Shown here one piece after another: positions 1 to 7,300 of a DNA stretch of 28,054 nucleotides. Origin of the DNA: a virus (taxonomy: Duplodnaviria > Caudoviricetes); IMG/VR virus record IMGVR_UViG_3300008266_001258, positions 1 to 28,054 of that record; one strand, given 5' to 3'. The notes under the pieces were generated by a model. It did no database searches, was not told where the DNA came from, and saw only the letters and a program-made list of their open reading frames with translations. The position numbers and the translations under genes were made by a program. Each line of letters begins with the position of its first letter. Within the stretch, counting starts at the first letter, position 1.

Positions 1-68
1 CCATCGTGATCGCCAATGGCCAGCCGGACAACCAGTGGCCAACGTCGATCGATACCGACAACCAGTAA
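1..68 (+). CDS. 3' end of an upstream gene (partial, unknown product)
   Basis: The frame from position 3 reads IVIANGQPDNQWPTSIDTDNQ to TAA at 66-68, just before the dnaN ribosome-binding site. Confidence 0.4.
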   Translation, partial: IVIANGQPDNQWPTSIDTDNQ

Positions 69-87
69 CCAACCCAGAGGAGGAATC

Positions 88-1191
88 TTGAAATTCAAAG
101 TAGGCCGTTTATCATTGTTGCGGGAGCTCAACTTCATTCAGCCCGTCACCGAGAAGAAGTCCACCATCCCGATCCTGACCAGCTTGCATTTCAGTGCAAG
201 CCATAAGCAGACCGGGGGAGTGACTATTCACGGAACGGATCTGGATAGCCATCTGATCACGTTCGTTGATGCTGAGATCCTCGAACCTGGATCGTGCTGC
301 ATTCCGGCCAAGAAGCTCACCGAGATAGTGAAGGCACTCCCGGAGGCTGAGATCACCTTCACCATCGAGGGCGAGTCAGTCCGGATCACCTGCGAACGGT
401 CCAAGTTCAAGCTGACCGGACATCAACCGGACAACTTCCCGAAACCCAAACTTCAACCGGACAAGTTATTGCCCTTCCCTGCTGACACACTGAAGACCCT
501 GATCAGTCGCGTCAAATTCGCCGTCTCTGACGCGGAATCGCGATACTCGACCAACGGCGTCAAGTTCGAGTACAAAGACGGCCAGGCGCGAACTGTGGCG
601 ACGGACGGGCATCGTCTCGCGTTCTGTGCGCGCCCGGCATACTTCGAGGGCGACGCGATCGATACGCTCATCCCGATCAAGACCGCCGATCTGGTCATCA
701 AGCTGATCGAGACCAATGAGCCGGTCCAGTTTGGCATCGAGAGCGGCACGCTGTTCTTCAGCTTCGGCAAGCGTACACTGATCAGCCGGACGATCGTTGG
801 CCAGTTTCCCAACTATGAGCTGATCTTCGTCGAGCCTCAAGGATCTGTCGTCGCCGATTGCCTCCGCCTTCGGTCAACGCTGTCACGTGTCGCCCTGGTC
901 ACGGATGATCGGTCGAAGGCGGCCAAGCTGGTCATCGGTAAGGATCAGCTGGTCGCCATCGCGGCCACGGCCGAAGTCGGCGAGGGTCAAGCAGAGATGG
1001 ACGTGGAATCGAGCTTTGACACTGATATCACTCTCGGATTCAACGTGCAGTACATCAGCGACTATTTCGGGGTAATGCCGGAAGGATCGGTCCGCATCGA
1101 GATCAAAGACGAGATGAGCCAGATCACAATGAAGCCGGTCGAGGATGGAGACTTCGACTTCCGCTATGTTGTTATGCCAATGAGGATATGA
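88..1191 (+). CDS. dnaN: DNA polymerase III beta subunit (sliding clamp), phage-encoded
   Basis: DnaN motifs: KKSTIPIL, GTDLD, IPAKKLTEIVKALP, VATDGHRLA, GQFPNYE, GFNVQY, C-terminal YVVMPMRI. The likely start is TTG at 88 behind AGAGGAGG (76-83), not ATG at 16. Confidence 0.95.
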   Translation: MKFKVGRLSLLRELNFIQPVTEKKSTIPILTSLHFSASHKQTGGVTIHGTDLDSHLITFVDAEILEPGSCCIPAKKLTEIVKALPEAEITFTIEGESVRITCERSKFKLTGHQPDNFPKPKLQPDKLLPFPADTLKTLISRVKFAVSDAESRYSTNGVKFEYKDGQARTVATDGHRLAFCARPAYFEGDAIDTLIPIKTADLVIKLIETNEPVQFGIESGTLFFSFGKRTLISRTIVGQFPNYELIFVEPQGSVVADCLRLRSTLSRVALVTDDRSKAAKLVIGKDQLVAIAATAEVGEGQAEMDVESSFDTDITLGFNVQYISDYFGVMPEGSVRIEIKDEMSQITMKPVEDGDFDFRYVVMPMRI

Positions 1192-1871
1192 CGATGGACT
1201 ATGAGATCGGAAAACCGGTGGAGGTGCTCGATAAAGGGCACCTCATTCTTAGGGCTGTAACGGGCGATGATTGGACGATTGTGGAAGCGGCCAGGGTGAG
1301 CATCGGCTCAGGCCGGAAGGGGGAGGAGCAGGACACCCGCCTGATTAACTACCTGATGGCACATCGCCACGAGACGCCCCTCGAGATGGCCGATATCGCG
1401 CTTGTGGTCAAATGCCCGATCTTCGTCGCCCGGCAATGGATGCGACATCGAATGGCCAGCTACAATGAGATCAGCGGACGATATGTCGAGCTGAAGGAAG
1501 AGGTCTACATCCCGTCGCATCTTCGCGAAGCATCGGGAAGCAACAAGCAAAGTAGCGGAGCCCCGATATACAATCAGGCTCTACTAGACGCTTATCAGTA
1601 CGCGACCGAAACCGCCCTCGAGACCTATCGGATGATGCTGACCGCTGGCGTGGCGAGGGAGATAGCTCGAGCCATGTTGCCCGTGGCGACCTATACGGAG
1701 TTCTGGTGCAAGATGAATCTCCGGTCAGCATTCAACTTCATTCATCTACGCAATGCCCCGGATGCGCAACACGAGATTCAGGTATACGCGCGACACGTCG
1801 AAGGAATGATTGCTCAATTCTTCCCTCGCGTTTATCACGCGTGGACCTCGAATAATCGAATCCCCTTCTAG
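1188..1871 (+). CDS. thyX: FAD-dependent thymidylate synthase
   Basis: ThyX signature RQWMRHRMASYNEISGRY, plus HETPLE, AREIARAMLP and LRNAPDAQHEI. ATGA overlap with dnaN. Confidence 0.96.
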   Translation: MTMDYEIGKPVEVLDKGHLILRAVTGDDWTIVEAARVSIGSGRKGEEQDTRLINYLMAHRHETPLEMADIALVVKCPIFVARQWMRHRMASYNEISGRYVELKEEVYIPSHLREASGSNKQSSGAPIYNQALLDAYQYATETALETYRMMLTAGVAREIARAMLPVATYTEFWCKMNLRSAFNFIHLRNAPDAQHEIQVYARHVEGMIAQFFPRVYHAWTSNNRIPF

Positions 1872-1877
1872 GGCGAT

Positions 1878-1919
1878 GGGATGGTCGATGTCTGTGCCTT
1901 GGGTACAGTCGGCCATCCC
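1878..1919. terminator. Long hairpin between the convergent thyX and tail operons
   Basis: gggatggtcga-tgt-ctgtgcc-ttg-ggtacag-tcggccatccc forms an 11 bp plus 7 bp stem with a 3-nt bulge and two G-U pairs on the + strand. There is no U-tract on either side. Confidence 0.55.
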
Positions 1920-1928
1920 GATACTTCC

Positions 1929-2480
1929 TCAGCTGGTCGCCGTTCCCTCAACCCTCACCCGATATGTCACCGCACAAGCCGCGTCAATCTCATACGATAC
2001 CGACGAAATGAAATAGCATTCGAGCTTGATGATCCGGCTGACCTTGGCATTGCTGACCGTCGTCGATGCGTTGGCCGCAAGGGTCAGGACGGAACCCGCG
2101 ATACTGCTCACCGTCGTCACCAGATCCGCACCTGCCGCCCCTGCTCCTGCTACTCGGATGCCCTGATTCGCTGCCCAGGTCGCAGCCGATGCGACGGTCA
2201 GCGTGGCTTGTCCAGACGTGATCGATCCCGTCGTGATAGTCCGAATGACCGGCTCTGTATACTCAAACGCGGTGCCGGGAAAGTGCGCATCCCAGAACGC
2301 CTGAAACGCGTGAAACTCTGACGGCTCACGATTGGCGAAGGTCAGATCGAAGACGTAGTACGGATCGCCCTTCTTCCGGCCGTAGCGGGTTCGGTCGTCC
2401 GAGAAGTCCACAATGGCATTCTGTTGATACTGTACCTGGATCGCGGCTGATGCTTTGTACGGTAGAACCTCGAGCGGCAT
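1929..2480 (-). CDS. Distal tail protein (lambda gpM/Dit-like) with an inserted beta-rich domain
   Basis: ATG at 2480 follows AGGAGG (2485-2490). FDLTFANREPSEFHAFQAFWDAHFPGTAFEYTEP resembles the gpM 'AFL..HGG..AF.WTPP' segment. A 67-aa Thr/Ser/Ala-rich insert (2040-2240) follows it. Confidence 0.6.
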   Translation of the reverse strand: MPLEVLPYKASAAIQVQYQQNAIVDFSDDRTRYGRKKGDPYYVFDLTFANREPSEFHAFQAFWDAHFPGTAFEYTEPVIRTITTGSITSGQATLTVASAATWAANQGIRVAGAGAAGADLVTTVSSIAGSVLTLAANASTTVSNAKVSRIIKLECYFISSVSYEIDAACAVTYRVRVEGTATS

Positions 2481-2488
2481 TAGACCTC

Positions 2489-3847
2489 CTATGCTGGCGG
2501 CGTGGTATGAGTGTCGTCGCGGTATGGAGCCTTCTTGATGAGCTTGCACTGAAAGCGGCGAAGGCCGGGCCCGTCGACCTCCGGCAAGTCTTCCGACTCT
2601 GTGACCAGCGCGATGTAATCACTGGTCGGACCGGCGCCGATAACCAGCTCGTGACCGATTGCGACGTAATCGCCAGGTAATACCGTCGACGAATCCGCAT
2701 ATCCGATCAGCTCAATACCAGTGGCATTATATCCGTCGAGGATCGTCCGGTAATAACAGATCCGCTCTGCCTGGCTGCGCTTCATCGGCGGAAGGTTGAT
2801 CTGTTGCCGGTTCGGTGCCCCGATCTGGTCCTCGAGGTCTTCGTCGTAGTACTCGACCGAAACCTCCGTCATATACTCGTCATCGAGATCGCGGAAGGTT
2901 GCGATATACCCGGTCGGCAATGCCCGTCGATCCTGATTGACCACAGACATCGACCGCGCATTCGACTGCGTGAAGGTATGGACGGGATTACTGGTCGACG
3001 GATTCAGGATGGAATTATCGAGGACCGGTAGAAAGACGATGCTCTGTCCCGTGTCCTGCCAATACGTGCAACCAGTCTGACAGACAACGGAAAGCGCCGT
3101 CACGAGATCAACGCCAGCCGTGAACGCTGCGTGACACTCGAACCGCTTGATCGTCTGAGATCCCCAGCTGATCGTCTGATCGCAGTAGTCGCGCCACACG
3201 ACCCAGCTTGGCCAGTCGATGCGGGTAAGCAGACCGGCACGCTTGAGCAGATCGGCGGCGACTCGAGCCGGATTGGTCGAGTAGCTTCCGCTATCCGTCA
3301 CTGTTCCTGAGCTGTTATAGTTCGCGATCTTCAGGCACTCGAAGATGCCCCGGAATTTATCCGGCCGCTCCTCGACGGATTGCAAGCTGTCGAGAAGGAC
3401 CTCGACATATGCCGTTCCGGAGTAGGTAGGCGATGTAGGGAAGAATTGCGGAGTGCCCTGATTCGCGTCGCCCGTACCTGTCGAGAATGTACCGGGATGA
3501 AACTTGTATCCTGGCGTCGTCGAGGACCCACTGGCGGTCAGCGTCTGGCCAGCGTAATACGCTTCAACGACGCCATTCCACGGCCCTTCGCCCAGTGCCG
3601 TGATGAACTTGAGCGCAGGCGGAGGTCCAGAGGAATAGTTATACTCAACCAGATTACCGGCGACCACGTGCTGACCATAGGCGACGGCCAGCGTTGCACC
3701 CTCGTCGACTTGCATCTCTTGCAAGGTCGCGGGATCGCCCGGAGGGTCAGGCGCGGGCCCACTGCCGCCGCTGTCACTCCCTCCACCCGGATCGGTCCAC
3801 GGGTCAATCGGATTGTAGTCTTCGTAACCTGCGTTCGTATTAGCCAT
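2489..3847 (-). CDS. Tail tip / host-specificity J-like hub protein (short form, no C-terminal fibre)
   Basis: J/Tal-like motifs: AVAYGQHVVAGN, ALGEGP, YSGTAYV, STNPARVAADLL, IDWPSW..W..YCD, 'F.D.DDEY....V', VLPGDYVAI. Confidence 0.75.
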   Translation of the reverse strand: MANTNAGYEDYNPIDPWTDPGGGSDSGGSGPAPDPPGDPATLQEMQVDEGATLAVAYGQHVVAGNLVEYNYSSGPPPALKFITALGEGPWNGVVEAYYAGQTLTASGSSTTPGYKFHPGTFSTGTGDANQGTPQFFPTSPTYSGTAYVEVLLDSLQSVEERPDKFRGIFECLKIANYNSSGTVTDSGSYSTNPARVAADLLKRAGLLTRIDWPSWVVWRDYCDQTISWGSQTIKRFECHAAFTAGVDLVTALSVVCQTGCTYWQDTGQSIVFLPVLDNSILNPSTSNPVHTFTQSNARSMSVVNQDRRALPTGYIATFRDLDDEYMTEVSVEYYDEDLEDQIGAPNRQQINLPPMKRSQAERICYYRTILDGYNATGIELIGYADSSTVLPGDYVAIGHELVIGAGPTSDYIALVTESEDLPEVDGPGLRRFQCKLIKKAPYRDDTHTTPPA

Positions 3848-4082
3848 CGGTATCAGCCTGTTTGTTCACGTCGAGCTTGATCCGCTCGAGATTCTCGGTA
3901 GTGAACGGATCATTCAATACTAGATCGGTCTGCTTCCGCGGATACGTATATATCTGGTCAGCTTGATCGCGGGTGAGCCATCCAGTTTTGACGAATAGCT
4001 CCACCTGCCTGATCGTAATCAAGCCAGCCTGCCAGCGATTCAATACCAAGCGGTATTGCGGGGTAATCGCTATCTCAGCCAT
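3840..4082 (-). CDS. Small XkdX-like tail-fibre-associated protein
   Basis: QVELFVKTGWLTRDQADQI resembles the XkdX 'V..G.IT..EY..I' pattern. TAATG coupling to the upstream gene. Confidence 0.55.
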   Translation of the reverse strand: MAEIAITPQYRLVLNRWQAGLITIRQVELFVKTGWLTRDQADQIYTYPRKQTDLVLNDPFTTENLERIKLDVNKQADTDG

Positions 4083-4348
4083 TATGCGCTCTCCTGTTGC
4101 GTATCGAGTAGCAGGTCAATCATCAGCTCTGCTGCCTCAAGCCGCTCTGCGACCGTTGGCTCGATAATCTGCTGGCCGGTCGGACTTGGCTCGACTGTGA
4201 TATCGAAGCGCGGCCTAACAGGCCGGTCTTCATCGTCGTATACATAGCCCATCTCAATGTTGAGGATGCGCTGTCCTGCCAATTCGGGGCGCAATAAAAT
4301 GGCCGGTAAATTCGCATCAGGTTCACTAAACACATATGTTTTTTTCAT
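4082..4348 (-). CDS. Tail fibre assembly/chaperone-like protein
   Basis: C-terminal PTVAERLEAAELMIDLLL is typical of small genes that follow fibre genes. ATGA overlap with the fibre gene stop. Confidence 0.6.
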   Translation of the reverse strand: MKKTYVFSEPDANLPAILLRPELAGQRILNIEMGYVYDDEDRPVRPRFDITVEPSPTGQQIIEPTVAERLEAAELMIDLLLDTQQESA

Positions 4349-7300
4349 GTGGATACGACCCCGCCATTACTAGGCTGGCCTGCAATAGTACCAGGATATG
4401 TGGATGTGCCTATTCGCAGGGCTGAATTCCAGTTGATGGTATAGGCTTGACCAATAAACGAACCGCTGGCTGTAGTGTATTGGTCGCCAATAACGCTAGA
4501 CACACGGTCGGCAGTAATAAACGCACCAGGCGTTCCGGCTGCATTCTGCATTGTAGGCGTGCCAACAAACGTGCCGGTCGTGTTGCGAATAGAAAACACG
4601 GCAGCATCGGAACAGGCAGTCCAGAAGCGATGATTTGCGGCGACGGTAAAAGAGTTGAGAATATTTACTACGCTCGCATTTTTAACCCATATGCCATACA
4701 AGCCTCCGCCTGCGCCGCCCCAGTAGCAATCTCGCAAATTCAGCCGCGATGAAATCACATCAAGTCCCGTGATATTAGGCACGGTGCCAAAACTGACGGT
4801 ATTGAAAAACCACAAACCCACGACATTATCCAATAATGCCACAGATGTCCCAACGAACATTCCTGATCCCGCAGTCGTCCACGTGTGAGCAGTGCCGTTG
4901 ACTGTTTGTGATATCTGAAATGTATTAGCTGCACTATTGATTACATAATACATCCGATACATTTCAATCCCGGCAGGCATATTAGGTGGCGAGAGATTGA
5001 AGAAATAAACGGGCGTTCCGTTGACTAAACCGTGACCAGTTGAATTGATGGTATTGCCGCCAGATGTAGTCACGGCAGTTGTCGCGGCTGAATGATACGG
5101 CTGAATGACTGTATCTGTAGCAGTAGACGTGCCGCCTGCTATCGTCACCGGCCCCGCTCCTGTGTATGATTTGAGGATTAGCCCCTCGGCATATCTCCCA
5201 CGCGCCAGTTGAATCGTCACCGAATACGCCGACATATCAATACTGGCAACAGTATCAATGGCTTTTTGCGCCGTCAGAAATGCCCCGGTGCGGCTGCTGG
5301 TCAACCCGTCGTTCGTGTCGTTGCCTGTTCTTACGCGGTGAGTGGGAGAGCCTGCCGATGTGGTATTGACTGCTGCGCCACTTGGCGTTAAGGAAACAGT
5401 AAAAGTCGTTGCGGAAAGCACTGTCACCACGTAATACACAGCCCCTGCAATCAGCGGAGTTGGAAGAGTGCCGGTCGTGGACAATATAACGGGGTCGCCT
5501 GCTTGCAGGTTATGATTGGTTGTTGTCGTCACTACTCCCGGCGACGCATTGCTGATGGTGCAAGTACCCAAATCAAAGCCCACATAATACGTGCGATTGG
5601 CCGTCAGCGTGGTGCGCCCCCCGCTGCTCGGAGTCGTCCAGCTCAACACGCCAGAGCCGTCTGTGGTCAATACCTGGTTTGCGCTGCCGGTTGTGCCGGG
5701 AAGCGTCAGATTGATACTTGTGGTCACTGCTGACGGAGCGCGAAGAGCCACATAATCCGTGCCGCCACCAGTCTCGACCAGTCGCAGCTGGTTGGCTGTA
5801 CCAGTCGCACCCACTGTCAGGTTGTGATTCGTCTTGTCGAACACAAGACCCGCGTCGCCACCAAACACGCCGCCATCGTTGAATTGAACTTGCGTATTGC
5901 TTCCACCCGGTGCCGCGCTGACCGTGGCCCACTGTACACCTGTTGCCGTGCTTTGAAGGAACTGGCCGTTGGTGCCGACGCCTCCGCCAGCTGTCAAGGT
6001 TCCGGTCAAGATCGCGCTGTTGAGCGTCTTGTTGGAAAGCGTCTGTGATCCAGATAGCGTGGCGACCGTGCTATCAATCGCGATCGTAACAGCCGCTGAC
6101 CCATTGTAACTCGAGCCTGACAAGCCAGTGCCGATCGTGAGCGTATTCAGGTTGCTGCCCAGCGTGACGCCCGAGATCGTGCTTGCCGCCAACTTACTGA
6201 CAGCGATCGCGGCCGCCGCATCAATATCAGCATTGACGACACTGGCCGCAGTCAACGTGTTGGCCCCGGTACGCTTGACAACACCAGTCGTCGATAGGCC
6301 GGTAATCGTGTCGCGGCTGATCGATCCGCCCAGGCTGGTCGATGTCCCGGCGATCGTGATCGCACTTGCGGCCAGTTTGCTGATCGAGATCGCCGCACTG
6401 GCATTGATATCCGCATCGACGATAACCCCGGCGGCGATGGCCGTTGTGATCGAGGTCGACCCACTGCCCGTCACATCACCCGACAATGTGATCGTCTGAT
6501 TGGCGGTCAGGTAGGTGTTCGTGTCCACAGACAGCGTACCATCCCCGGCCGATGTCTTCACGAAGCCATTGCTCGTCAGGTTCGAGATCTTCGAGACCGT
6601 CAGGACGTTCGGGATATCATCATCAACCAGACTCCGGAAGGTCGGAGCCGCATCCACTCCAGCTGATGGACCGGCAAAGATGCTATTCTTGACCTGCGTG
6701 GCAAGTGTTCCGGTCAACGTGCCTGATGATGTAACCGGCGATCCGCTGACAGTGAAGATCGAGGGTAGGCTCAAGCCAACGCTTGTAACAGTGCCACCGC
6801 CGCCACCCGTGATCGTGGTCCACGACAAGACACCATTGCCATCGGTCGTCAGTGCCTGACCATTGGTCCCATCATCGGTCGGCAAGGTGAAGACGAGGTT
6901 CGCGCCAGCCGCCCCGGCCTTGATTGTGGTCGTGTTCGAGTTGGTCGCATTGCGAAGGATCAGTTCGCCCGTCAGACTTGCACTATTGCCCAGGTCGAGC
7001 GAAGTCCCAAGATACAGAGTGCGCGGCTTGACTGCCGTCGTCCCGATGTCCTGCGTGTTGTTCCCGTCGTATGGACGCCAATGCTTGTCCGTGTTGACGC
7101 CCCACGCGGCCGTATTGTTCTGGTAGATGACGAATGGATGATTCGTCTGTGATCCGACGATAGCCTGGTCAGGTGAGAGACCTGCGATCGTTCCCATTCG
7201 AGCCGTCACGCTGTTGGTCGTGTCCGTGACATAGATCGCCGGATTCGCGCCAGCCTTGGAAACGGTCAGGGCCTTTGCGCCATCGTCCCAGGTGAAGTTC

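Noticed and set aside
16-87. ATG at 16 as the dnaN start
   Set aside because: It overlaps the upstream gene end and adds a non-homologous extension. TTG at 88 has a strong SD and matches the DnaN N-terminus.
423-464. 12-bp direct repeat tcaaccggacaa inside dnaN
   Set aside because: Only two in-frame copies (QPD.), in a linker region. Not a CRISPR or att-like structure.
1881-2321. 146-aa + strand ORF and the many other antisense or overlapping ORFs in the track
   Set aside because: Shadow ORFs of GC-rich genes with Arg/Pro-rich, non-protein-like composition and no SD or family motifs.
4345-5600. Diversity-generating retroelement or invertible tip cassette
   Set aside because: No reverse transcriptase, template/variable repeat pair, invertase or inverted crossover repeats were seen in the window.
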